Positions 55,333 to 64,000 of a DNA stretch of 64,000 nt are shown piece after piece. This DNA comes from an uncultured delta proteobacterium (lineage in GTDB: Bacteria > Myxococcota_A > Polyangia > Polyangiales > JAFGIB01). The stretch is from contig CAVZVA010000005.1 of assembly GCA_963778655.1 (NCBI GenBank), positions 800,001-864,000 on the forward strand, read 5' to 3'. A program made the translations under genes and the position numbers. The notes below the pieces were generated by a model that worked only from the letters and a program-made list of their open reading frames with translations, was not told the origin of the DNA and made no database searches. Position 1 is the stretch's first letter, and each line of letters opens with the position of its first letter.

Positions 55333-58179
55333 GTGGATCTGCAGGCATCGCCGAAAGAAGTAGAGGTGTTCCGCCCGGAGCTACAGGCGTTCGGAACGAA
55401 GGCGATCATCGACGAAGCGGTCGAGCAACTGGGTCGCGACGTCGTCGTGGAAGTTCTCGGGCGATACCGGGTGACCACGCCGGATCTCAACGATTCCAGC
55501 GCTTGGGTGTCTCTGGCATTCGTGGAGGCGCTGCTTCAGGACTTCATTGAACGCAGCGGCGACGAGGCGTTTCTCGACCGCGCGGCGTTGCGAGGGATGA
55601 CGCCGAAGTACCTCGGAGCGCTGTACCCGCTGTTGTTTGCCCTCGGCACGCCGGGCTTCACCTATCGGCAGCTCGCGAGGGTGGCTCACCGCGTCAACAA
55701 GACCGGGACCTGGGAACACGCGACTGTGGGGGAGGGGCAGGTCCGGGTCGCGTGGGTGCCAAACAGGTCGGCGAGTCAGGAGGCTCGCCCGTTTCTGTGT
55801 CGTTTTCGGGTTCTGCAGTTGACCAGAATCCCGGTGCTGTTCGATCTGCCGCCCGCGGAGGTACGGCACGTGGAGTGTGTGCACCACGGGTCCCCATCGT
55901 GTGTGTACGAGGTTCGATTCGAGGAGCGTGGCCGAAGCGCCGGCGCGCTCTTGGGGCTGGCGTTGGGGGGGTTGCTCGGCGCGACCCTGGGGGTCGCCGA
56001 GGGCCTGCCACTTGCGCTGCTCTCGGTCTTGGCAGCGGGCTCGGGGTTGGCCGTTTGGGGCGTGATCCGAACCTACTCGCTCAGGCAAGATCTCAGGAGA
56101 AGAATCCAGGACATCGCGGAGCACAACAACGCCCTGGAACGGGTGACTCGAGCCAACGAGCAACGGTTCGAGGAAGTGGTGCGCGCCAAGGCCGAAGTCG
56201 AGCAGAGGGTCGAACAACGGACCCTTGAGCTGCGAGAGGCGAGCCAACGGTTGTCGGAGACGCTGGAGGAAGTGCAGGCGCTCGACCGCGCCAAGACCGA
56301 TTTCTTCAACAACGTTTCGCACGAGCTGCGCTCGCCGCTGACACTGATCTTGGCGCCGCTCGAGGAGCTGGTGGCGGGGCGGACGCCGCCGGGCGGAGAG
56401 CGAACGGCTTTCGAGGGGATGCACCGCAATGCGGTGCGGCTGCTACGGCTGATCAATCAGCTGCTGGATCTGGCGAAGATCGACGCAGGAAGGATGAAGA
56501 TCGCGCCGAGCCCCGCGGACTTGATCGGGCTCGTGCGCGGGACACTGGCCGGCTTCGAGGCGGCGGCCGCGAAGAAGGGTGTGGCGCTACAGATCGAGGC
56601 CCCGCCGAGCATGCCCCCCGTAGTGATCGACGCCTCGTGGATCGAGTCGGCAGTGACCAATCTGGTGGCCAACGCGCTGCGTCTGACCCCGCGCGGCGGC
56701 GGGGTGCGGGTGACGATCGAGGACCACGGCAGCGAGGCCTCAATGGCGGTGTCCGATGACGGACCGGGAATCGCAGCCGAGGACCAGCAGAAGGTCTTCG
56801 AGCGCTTTGCGCAGGGGGATAGCACCAAGCGCGTCGTGGGCGGTACCGGGATCGGCCTGGCGCTGGTGCGTGAGGCTGCGCGCCTGCACGGCGGCGACGT
56901 CAAGCTGGTGTCGGAGCTGGGCCAAGGCGCGACCTTCACGCTGACTCTGCCGCGGCGGCCGGATCAGCCGGCGACGATCCGGCCAGCGGAAGCCAAGGGC
57001 CCGTCGTGGCGCCCACCTGCGTCGATCGTCGATGAGTTCAGCGAGGAGACGGAAACCGGCGACCGTCCAGGGCCTGCGGCCAATGCCGCGCTCGCCCTGG
57101 TCGTCGAAGACAACGCCGAGCTGCGCGAGTTCATCGCCAACGTGCTTGGCGCCCGCTACCGGGTAAAGACTGCGAGCAACGGCAAGCTCGGCGTCGCTCT
57201 GGCGCTCGAGCTCAAGCCGGACGTGGTGATCAGCGATGTCGCCATGCCGGAGATGGACGGCTATCAGCTCTGCCGCGCGCTGCGCGCGGAGCCTGGTACC
57301 CGCGCGACGCCGATCTTGCTGGTCACCGCGCGCACGGAGGTCGCCAGCGTGCTCGAAGGCTTCGAGGCGGGCGCCAGCGATTACGTGCTCAAGCCGTTTC
57401 ACGGCCGCGAGCTGCTGGCCCGCGTGGACGTCCACGTCAGGCTGCGGCGCATTATGCAAGAGATGGCCGTGCAAGAACGCCACGCCACGCTTGGGGTGCT
57501 GGCGGCTTCGGTCGCGCACCAGGTGCGCAACCCCCTAACCACGCTGGTCAGCGGCTTACCCGCCATGCGCACCAAGATCGGCGGCACCGTGCCTGAATCG
57601 ACCCGCAAGCTGATGGACGTGATGGTCGACTGCGCGCAGCGCATCGAGCGAATGACCATCGACTTGATGGACCTCTCGCGCGTGGATCGCGAGGCAGGCG
57701 GGGACTACACGCCGTCGGACGGCTTGCGCTCGGCGATCCGGCTGGTAAGCGCGAGACTATCGCCTTCGGTCACACTGTCCGAGCGAATCGAGGACGCGCC
57801 GGAGGTCCACGGACGGCCGGGAGACATGAACCATGTCTTTCTCAATCTGCTCGACAACGCCGCGCGCGCCGTGGGCGACACCGGCGCGATTCGGGTCGAG
57901 GCGTCGATCGTCGACGGCATGTACGTGGTCGGGGTGGACGACTCCGGGCCGGGCATCGACCAGGAGACGGCCGAGCACATCTTCGAGCCGTTCTTCACCA
58001 CCCGCCCCGCTGGGGAAGGCACCGGACTGGGGCTCGCGGTGGCGCACCAAGTATTGATGCAATGCGGTGGGGACATTTCGGTGAGCCGTTCCGACCTCGG
58101 GGGCGCGCGGTTCACCGTGAGGATTCCCGTGGGGCGGAGAACCTCGCTCGTGGCGCCCGCGCACCCAACCATTCAGTAG
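55333..58179 (+). CDS. Hybrid sensor kinase: V4R/H-NOX-like sensor, TM, HK, REC, second HK
   Basis: LC...HVECVHHGSPSCVYEVRF V4R-like Cys pattern; two TMs; SHELRSP; REC SDVAMP; AHQVRNP; two HATPase domains. Confidence 0.88.
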   Translation: MDLQASPKEVEVFRPELQAFGTKAIIDEAVEQLGRDVVVEVLGRYRVTTPDLNDSSAWVSLAFVEALLQDFIERSGDEAFLDRAALRGMTPKYLGALYPLLFALGTPGFTYRQLARVAHRVNKTGTWEHATVGEGQVRVAWVPNRSASQEARPFLCRFRVLQLTRIPVLFDLPPAEVRHVECVHHGSPSCVYEVRFEERGRSAGALLGLALGGLLGATLGVAEGLPLALLSVLAAGSGLAVWGVIRTYSLRQDLRRRIQDIAEHNNALERVTRANEQRFEEVVRAKAEVEQRVEQRTLELREASQRLSETLEEVQALDRAKTDFFNNVSHELRSPLTLILAPLEELVAGRTPPGGERTAFEGMHRNAVRLLRLINQLLDLAKIDAGRMKIAPSPADLIGLVRGTLAGFEAAAAKKGVALQIEAPPSMPPVVIDASWIESAVTNLVANALRLTPRGGGVRVTIEDHGSEASMAVSDDGPGIAAEDQQKVFERFAQGDSTKRVVGGTGIGLALVREAARLHGGDVKLVSELGQGATFTLTLPRRPDQPATIRPAEAKGPSWRPPASIVDEFSEETETGDRPGPAANAALALVVEDNAELREFIANVLGARYRVKTASNGKLGVALALELKPDVVISDVAMPEMDGYQLCRALRAEPGTRATPILLVTARTEVASVLEGFEAGASDYVLKPFHGRELLARVDVHVRLRRIMQEMAVQERHATLGVLAASVAHQVRNPLTTLVSGLPAMRTKIGGTVPESTRKLMDVMVDCAQRIERMTIDLMDLSRVDREAGGDYTPSDGLRSAIRLVSARLSPSVTLSERIEDAPEVHGRPGDMNHVFLNLLDNAARAVGDTGAIRVEASIVDGMYVVGVDDSGPGIDQETAEHIFEPFFTTRPAGEGTGLGLAVAHQVLMQCGGDISVSRSDLGGARFTVRIPVGRRTSLVAPAHPTIQ

Positions 58180-58351
58180 CGACACGGTTCGCCGCGCCCC
58201 GGAAACAGTCAGACGCGTATCCATGCGCCGAATTGTGGGCAGCGTATTGTGCTCGAGCGCACGACGATCCAAATTGCGGGAGGTGCACACGCGTTCCCCC
58301 ATGGAGTTGACCCGCTTTGCGGGTGTCACTCCATGCATCCTGGAGTGGTAG

Positions 58352-59488
58352 ATGTCGGAGGAACACCGCGCCTATCCGATATTGTATGTCGACGACGAGC
58401 CGCAAAATCTCTTCACGTTTCGCTACGCGCTCGAGGACCGGTTCACTGTCCTGACGGCGCAGGACGGCCACGAGGCGATGCGCGTGCTCGAGCGCGAGGA
58501 CGTGGCCGTGCTGATGTGCGACCAGCGCATGCCCCAGATGACGGGAGTCGAGGTCTGCCGGCGGGCGCGTGAGCTCAAGCCCGAGGTCGTGCGCATCATG
58601 GTCACCGCCTACGCCGACCTGCAGACGACCATCGACGCGATCAACCAGGGCCAGGTGCTGCGCTATCTGACCAAGCCATGGCGCAACGACGAGCTTGTGG
58701 ACGTGCTGCAGTCCGCGATCGATCTGGTGCGCCTGCGACGGATGGTTCAGGAGATGCAGGCGCGGGTGCTACGCGGTGGGCACCCGCCGATTATCGAAGC
58801 GCTGACCCGCCAGATCGCCTCCGAGCTGCAGACACCCCTTGCCGCGCTGACCATGAACGCGGAGCAGGTGGGCGACCTGTTGACCGCCGGGCTGTCGAGC
58901 TGGGAAAGTCCGGAGCGCGCCAAGGAGCTATTGCTGCATGCCCAGACCGTGCAGCACGATTCGACCCCGCCGATCGCGCAGCTGCAGCAGATCGCGCACA
59001 AGCTCGAGCGCGGCCAGCGCCTGGCCGCGCTGCCGGCTCCGGACAGCGCGGACGCGGTGCGCGTGGTGCGCGCCACTGCGCGCATTCTCAGCGGCGTCAT
59101 CGGGGCCACGCGCTTGCAGCTCGTGCTCTCGGCCTCGCCGATCGTACGCATGGATGCCGCCGAGCTCGGGCAGGTGCTGGTGCACCTGATCATGAACGCC
59201 GCCCAGGCGCTGGAGGGTATCGGCGTGCCGGAGCGACAGGTGATCTGCGTGGAGGTCACCGAGAGCGCCGCCGGCGCCGAGATCACGGTCTCGGATCCCG
59301 GACCCGGCATCGCACCCGAGCGCCTGGAGCGCATCTTCGACCCCTATGTCACCGATCGCGACGGCGCCGCGGGGCTGGGGCTGGCCATGGTGCGGCACCT
59401 GGTCTCGCAGGCCGGCGGCGCGGTGTGGGCGGAGAGCCAGCTCGGACGCGGCTCGCGCTTCGTAGTGCGCCTGCCACGGGCCAGCTAA
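58352..59488 (+). CDS. REC-histidine kinase-like protein without the H-box His (paralog of 47789..48937)
   Basis: REC very similar to the paralog (VDDEPQN, DQRMP, INQGQV, KPWRN); H-box reads SELQTP. Confidence 0.88.
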   Translation: MSEEHRAYPILYVDDEPQNLFTFRYALEDRFTVLTAQDGHEAMRVLEREDVAVLMCDQRMPQMTGVEVCRRARELKPEVVRIMVTAYADLQTTIDAINQGQVLRYLTKPWRNDELVDVLQSAIDLVRLRRMVQEMQARVLRGGHPPIIEALTRQIASELQTPLAALTMNAEQVGDLLTAGLSSWESPERAKELLLHAQTVQHDSTPPIAQLQQIAHKLERGQRLAALPAPDSADAVRVVRATARILSGVIGATRLQLVLSASPIVRMDAAELGQVLVHLIMNAAQALEGIGVPERQVICVEVTESAAGAEITVSDPGPGIAPERLERIFDPYVTDRDGAAGLGLAMVRHLVSQAGGAVWAESQLGRGSRFVVRLPRAS

Positions 59489-59510
59489 CCATCACTCATC
59501 CCCTCCCGAT

Positions 59511-60503
59511 CTAGCTCGTGACCGGCGCGTAGGCCTGGGTGCGGTTACGGCCCATGGACTTGGCCTGATACAGCGCCTGGTCCGCCTCCGCCAGCAGCTT
59601 GCGCGGATCGGCCAGCGTGCCGAGCGCGCTCACGCCCAGCGACACCGTGACGGCCGGCAGCGCGACACCCTCGTGCTGCATGGGCGCCGCGGCGATGGCT
59701 TCGCGCACGCGCTCGGCTGCACGCAGCGCGCCCCACATCGGCGTCTGCGGAAAGATCACCACGAACTCCTCGCCGCCGAAGCGCGCGATCAGGTCGGTCG
59801 GCCGCACCTTCTCGCGCAGCAACACCGCCACCTCCGCCAGCACCGAATCGCCCGCCGGATGCCCGAAGCGGTCGTTGACGCGCTTGAAGTGGTCCACGTC
59901 GAGCACGGCGATGGCGAGCGGGTCGGACGCGAACACGTGCCGCTGCACGATGCGCGGCAGCGCTTGCTCGAACCAGCGCCGGCTGTGCACGCCGGTCAGC
60001 GCGTCGTGCAGCGCCGCGTGCTCGAACTCGCGGCGCTGCTCGATGTTGGTCTGCACCGTTTCGTTGTTCGCGCGCAGCCGCTCGGCCATACGCGTGAGCA
60101 GGCTGACCGCGAAGCCGTGCGAGGCCCGGATCAGCCAGTGAAAGCTCTGCTCGTCGATCGCCAGCAGCCGCGTCGACGCTTCGGCCACGACCGTGGCGCT
60201 GACCGGCCGGCGCGCTAGCAGCGACAGCTCGCCCACCGTCTCGCCGGGTCCGATACGCGCGATGGTGGCGTCCGCGGCCTCGCCCAGCTCCACCCGTAGC
60301 AAGCCCGAGAGCACGATGTAGATGCGCGTGTTGGCTTCGTCGCGCCGCACCAGGTATTGCCCGCGTCGCAGCGTGATCTGCTCGGCGCGGCACAACAGCT
60401 CTTGCAGCGTCTCGTCGCTGACCTCCCGCAGCAGCTCGAGCCCTCGCAGGCTGGCGACTCCCGGTCCCCGCGTGCGGTTGGCCATGCTGGTACCTTGCTC
60501 CAT
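59511..60503 (-). CDS. cNMP-binding-domain GGDEF diguanylate cyclase
   Basis: CNB GETVGELSLL; DVDHFK; RPTD I-site; GGEEF; start overlaps the PilZ gene stop (TAATG). Confidence 0.92.
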   Translation of the reverse strand: MEQGTSMANRTRGPGVASLRGLELLREVSDETLQELLCRAEQITLRRGQYLVRRDEANTRIYIVLSGLLRVELGEAADATIARIGPGETVGELSLLARRPVSATVVAEASTRLLAIDEQSFHWLIRASHGFAVSLLTRMAERLRANNETVQTNIEQRREFEHAALHDALTGVHSRRWFEQALPRIVQRHVFASDPLAIAVLDVDHFKRVNDRFGHPAGDSVLAEVAVLLREKVRPTDLIARFGGEEFVVIFPQTPMWGALRAAERVREAIAAAPMQHEGVALPAVTVSLGVSALGTLADPRKLLAEADQALYQAKSMGRNRTQAYAPVTS

Positions 60504-61588
60504 TAGTTGGATGCCTCTCGGTCCTCGAGCAGTCGATCATAGCCCAGGACGTAGCTCGCGAGATCGAGCGGCGGGCATTGCACCGCCTCCAGCTTGATCC
60601 CGAATCCCGGAGGCGGCGCGCAGCCGATCTGGGATGCGGTCCGGCGCCACATCACCTTACCTCGCAGATGCACAGGTACGCCGTCGGGCGTTCGCAGCTC
60701 GAGCCACAACGAGCTGCCGGCGGCAGGCGGGTCCAGCGTCTGCACGTATAGGCCCTCGCGGCTCAGGTTGTGCGTGAGCCCGTAGCTCGGCTCCATCAGC
60801 CCGCTCACGCGAAACGCACAGATGGTGGAGTACTGGATGCGCCGCGAGCGACGCTGCTCGGCGGCGGCCCGCCGCGCGAGCAGCTCGTCGGCCAGGAACA
60901 GCAGCTGCCCGCGCGCGTCGCCGCCCGAGCGCTCGACCGCGGCCGGGTTGTGCGCGCCACCCATGACCAGACCCGGCAGGTCGGGCTTGCAGGTCGCCGT
61001 GCGCACGCTGCGCACCGCGGCATCGCCACCCAGTGGGGGAAAGCTCGGCGTCGCGACCACCAGCGCCGGGTCGCTCTGGCGCGAGAGCGTGACCAGCTCG
61101 CGCGCCTCCGCCGCGAACGCCACGTCGAATCCCGCTTGTCGCAAGGTCCGGCCGATGCGCCTGCGCACGCGGAGATTGGAGGTCGCCACCAGCGCGAGCC
61201 CGTTGGCCGCCGGCGGGCGCGCGGCGACGTCCAGGTCGATCAGACATTGCATGCGACGGTGCAGGCCGATCGCGTCGGCCTCCACCAGCACGTCGTCGGC
61301 ACCTGCGGCGCAGGCTTGCTTGAACTCACGATCGCTCGGGTGAGCCACCAGCGCGATCACCGGCACGTTGAACATCGACGCGTCGTCGCGGACCCAGCGC
61401 GCGACCGATGCGAGGTCGGCGTGACGCGAGACAAACACACCGTGGGGTAGGGCGCCCTTGCGCTGCACGTGGCGGCGCGCCTCGAGCGCGCTGTGCAGCA
61501 GCGCGAGCTCCACGCCGGAGCTGGCCGCAGCCGCTGCAAAGGCCTCAACCTCGCTGCTGTGAAACGGTCCTACTGCCAACGCGTACAT
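60503..61588 (-). CDS. Pseudo-receiver-PilZ protein (paralog of 45042..46124)
   Basis: GADDVLV, RTLRQAGF, RRSRR..YSTIC, NLSREG and PPGFGIK shared with the paralog. Confidence 0.82.
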   Translation of the reverse strand: MYALAVGPFHSSEVEAFAAAAASSGVELALLHSALEARRHVQRKGALPHGVFVSRHADLASVARWVRDDASMFNVPVIALVAHPSDREFKQACAAGADDVLVEADAIGLHRRMQCLIDLDVAARPPAANGLALVATSNLRVRRRIGRTLRQAGFDVAFAAEARELVTLSRQSDPALVVATPSFPPLGGDAAVRSVRTATCKPDLPGLVMGGAHNPAAVERSGGDARGQLLFLADELLARRAAAEQRRSRRIQYSTICAFRVSGLMEPSYGLTHNLSREGLYVQTLDPPAAGSSLWLELRTPDGVPVHLRGKVMWRRTASQIGCAPPPGFGIKLEAVQCPPLDLASYVLGYDRLLEDREASN

Positions 61589-61637
61589 GTCCCTTCTCCT
61601 GTGCCGGGGGCGCGCTTGCGCTTCCCTCGGGGGAATA

Positions 61638-61655
61638 ATGCAGGACCCGTGCCGA
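61638..61655 (-). promoter_or_regulatory. Putative sigma-54 promoter for the PilZ-GGDEF operon
   Basis: Minus strand TCGGCACGGGTCCTGCAT (GG-N10-GC). Confidence 0.62.
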
Positions 61656-61979
61656 CCGGTTAGCTATTGAAATCACGCGTGTATTTGGCCATCGACCAAA
61701 ACCGGGTGGCCGCCTTGGCCACTGCCGTAGGGAAAACCACCCAGCGCGTCGCGAGGCGATTCCACAGCGGTGGCCACAGCCGTGGTGACAGCGGCCACGA
61801 CGCGCGACGCACGCGCGCACGGGATTGGTTGCGTCCGCCATGCGCGTGGCGCGTTCGACCACGATAGCTGCCTCGAGCACGCGCGCGCAGCTTCGCGACA
61901 GCGCGCGCCGTGGTCACCGCGTCCACTGCCGTGGTGCGTGAATCCAATCGCGCACGCGAGCGCGCGCGCTGCCTTGCAA

Positions 61980-61996
61980 CGGCACGCTCCTCGCAA
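61980..61996 (+). promoter_or_regulatory. Putative sigma-54 promoter for the protease gene
   Basis: CGGCACGCTCCTCGCAA (GG-N10-GC), about 40 nt before the ATG. Confidence 0.55.
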
Positions 61997-62035
61997 TGGA
62001 AGCGATGCAGGTCTCACGCAGCAAAGGCAGTAACG

Positions 62036-62809
62036 ATGTCCAAGACCATTCGCCGCATCGCATCGCTCGTGTTCGTGGTTGTTCTGTCGATTCCGAGCAT
62101 GAGCTTCGCCTACAACGCAAAGCACTCTGCGAGCGGCGGCTTGGTGCACTGGCAGCAGCACAAGGTCTCCCTGCGGATCGATCCGCGCCTCGAGACACTG
62201 CTCGCTGACGGCCAGGTCCGCGCCGCCGTGAACATGGCCACCGACGCCTGGCGCGGCTTCTCCAACGTGCCCGACATCGCGATCGAGGACGGCGCGCCTC
62301 CCGCCTACGACCCCGACCACCGCGGCAACGGCATCTACCTGATGGACAAGTGGCCGTTCCAGCCCAACCAGCTCGCGGTCACCGTGTTGACCTACGCCGG
62401 CAACGGCGACGTGCTCGGCGTGGACGTGCTGGTCAACGGCGAGAAGAGCTTCGCGCTGCTCAATGAGGCCGCCGCTCCCGACTCGGCCGCCGAGCACTAC
62501 GACCTCGGCGCGGTGCTCACCCACGAGCTAGGCCACGTGCTTGGCCTCGACGAGAGCTACGACCACCCCGAGGCCACCATGTTCCCGCAGATCCACGCCG
62601 GCGAGGTCCGCCCGCGCGTGCTCTCGACCGACGACGAGAACGGCGTGATGGACGTCTACCACGACGCTGCGGTGGCCGAAGCGGCCGCGGCGGCCCCGGC
62701 CGGCTGCTCGGTCAGCCAGCCCCATGGCACGCACGGCCTGGCCGGGCTGCTGTCGCTGGTGCTCGGCGCGCTGGTAGTGGTCGCGCGGCGCCGCAACCGG
62801 GCGCGTTAG
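62036..62809 (+). CDS. Matrixin-like (M10) zinc metalloprotease with MYXO-CTERM
   Basis: Signal peptide; HELGHVLGLDE; Met-turn ATMFP; GCSV + TM + RRR sorting signal. Confidence 0.87.
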   Translation: MSKTIRRIASLVFVVVLSIPSMSFAYNAKHSASGGLVHWQQHKVSLRIDPRLETLLADGQVRAAVNMATDAWRGFSNVPDIAIEDGAPPAYDPDHRGNGIYLMDKWPFQPNQLAVTVLTYAGNGDVLGVDVLVNGEKSFALLNEAAAPDSAAEHYDLGAVLTHELGHVLGLDESYDHPEATMFPQIHAGEVRPRVLSTDDENGVMDVYHDAAVAEAAAAAPAGCSVSQPHGTHGLAGLLSLVLGALVVVARRRNRAR

Positions 62810-62994
62810 CAGTCAGGCCCGGATGGGGGGGCTTGCGCAACCGCTTCGCGCCCAGGGACTCCGGCGGCCGCTGCACCGCGCTGGCGTCGCCCTATCCGCA
62901 CGCCACAATCGCTGAGCGAATCGCCGACCTGCTTGGCGCGCCGTTGTGGTGCCATGCCGTACGGCGTACAGTGCGTCAGGGTGGAACGGGGAGC

Positions 62995-64000
62995 ATGCGG
63001 CGCCGGTGGACCTGCGTCTGGATCTGTTCAACGTTGATCGCGGGCTCGGGCTGCGGCCGCGCGACGCTGCCGGCGCCGCGCAAGCCGGCCCAGCCCGATG
63101 GCGCGAGCTCTCCTTTCGCAAGCAGCAGCGCGGCCCCCGCTAGCGACGCGGGAGCGCCTGCGAGCATGCTCGGCCACCCGAGCCTGACGCTACCGGCGCA
63201 CGGCGCGCCGCGACACCCGCCGCCGGGCTCGCCGCCGCCGTGGATGCCGCTGCAAGGGCCGAGCGACCCGCGATCGCTGCCAAAGGTGTCGGCGCCGCAA
63301 TGGCTCGGCACGCTGGTCGGGCCGCACGCTCCGCACGCGCCGAGCGAGCTGCAGCTCTACGGCGCGGACCTGGGCTGGTCGTTCGAGCACGACGGCCAGC
63401 TGGTGATGCTGTTCGGCGACACCTGGGCCAGCGGGAGCTCGATCTGCGACAACGGCCCGCCGACCAATGACGATACGCTGGCGAGCCTGCCGCCGACGTA
63501 CTCGGGCGGCGTGCCGACGCTGCGCTTCGCGACCGATCCCGACACGCCCGCGGCGTTCAGCGCGATCCACGTCATGCGCGGCAGCGAGTCGTTGAGCATG
63601 GGCTACGGCCAGGCCCCCGTGACCGGCTTCAGCGACGGGGTTCACGCCTTCGGGGTGTTCGGGCGGCTGGAGGCCGTGCGCTGCGACCAGCCCGGCAACC
63701 GGCCGGAGGAAGGCTGTCCCACCAGCGATCACTTCTTCTGCTCGACCCAGCTGGGCGTGTGCCAGCCGTCGTACATGAGCTTTCCGATTCCGTGCGACAC
63801 CGTGCGAGGGGAGGGCTGCCTACCCGGCCAGAGCTGCGAGGCCGCGCCGTTGTGCGTCGACGCCACCACTTCGCAGTACGACGACGGCCACTTCCGCTCG
63901 CAGGCATTCGCGGTGGCGCAACCGATCGAGATCGCAGTCGAGCGCGACGATAACCCGGCGACCTTCGACTCGGTGCTGGCCTTTCCCACCAACAAGTTCT
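62995..64000 (+). CDS. Partial lipoprotein, DUF4185-like beta-propeller with a Cys-rich insert (runs off the window end)
   Basis: Not in the ORF track because it has no stop codon in the window. MRRRW...IAGSGC lipobox; GGGAG RBS; GADLGWSF...LFGDT motif. Confidence 0.65.
   Translation, partial: MRRRWTCVWICSTLIAGSGCGRATLPAPRKPAQPDGASSPFASSSAAPASDAGAPASMLGHPSLTLPAHGAPRHPPPGSPPPWMPLQGPSDPRSLPKVSAPQWLGTLVGPHAPHAPSELQLYGADLGWSFEHDGQLVMLFGDTWASGSSICDNGPPTNDDTLASLPPTYSGGVPTLRFATDPDTPAAFSAIHVMRGSESLSMGYGQAPVTGFSDGVHAFGVFGRLEAVRCDQPGNRPEEGCPTSDHFFCSTQLGVCQPSYMSFPIPCDTVRGEGCLPGQSCEAAPLCVDATTSQYDDGHFRSQAFAVAQPIEIAVERDDNPATFDSVLAFPTNKF

Overview
This is a very GC-rich chromosomal window, most likely from a myxobacterium (Myxococcota): it has a MYXO-CTERM protein, Glt-like genes and many sigma-54 activators and kinases. 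I saw no rRNA, tRNA, CRISPR array or transposase. In order: (1) a GldA/F/G-like ABC transporter operon with DUF4340; (2) a lipoprotein and a HEAT-repeat protein; (3) a group-2-like sigma-70 factor carrying a natural Q437H-equivalent change; (4) dacB, an ABC substrate-binding protein, an HD hydrolase, two NtrC-family regulators and an ECF sigma/anti-sigma pair; (5) a paralogous Glt/Nfs-type trans-envelope operon, followed directly by a beta-barrel + short OPX polysaccharide export pair that is bracketed by two paralogous secreted 'CLxDKL' proteins; (6) a signalling island of about 25 kb rich in c-di-GMP and two-component genes, with several sigma-54 promoter motifs. At the centre of that island is a tightly coupled cassette (P450, desaturase, JmjC oxygenase, CMD-like protein) followed directly by a V4R-like double histidine kinase and preceded by a PilZ/GNAT-like protein. 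This is the best candidate for an undescribed system that makes and senses a small-molecule (lipid-derived) signal. All calls come from motif reading by eye; no database searches were run.
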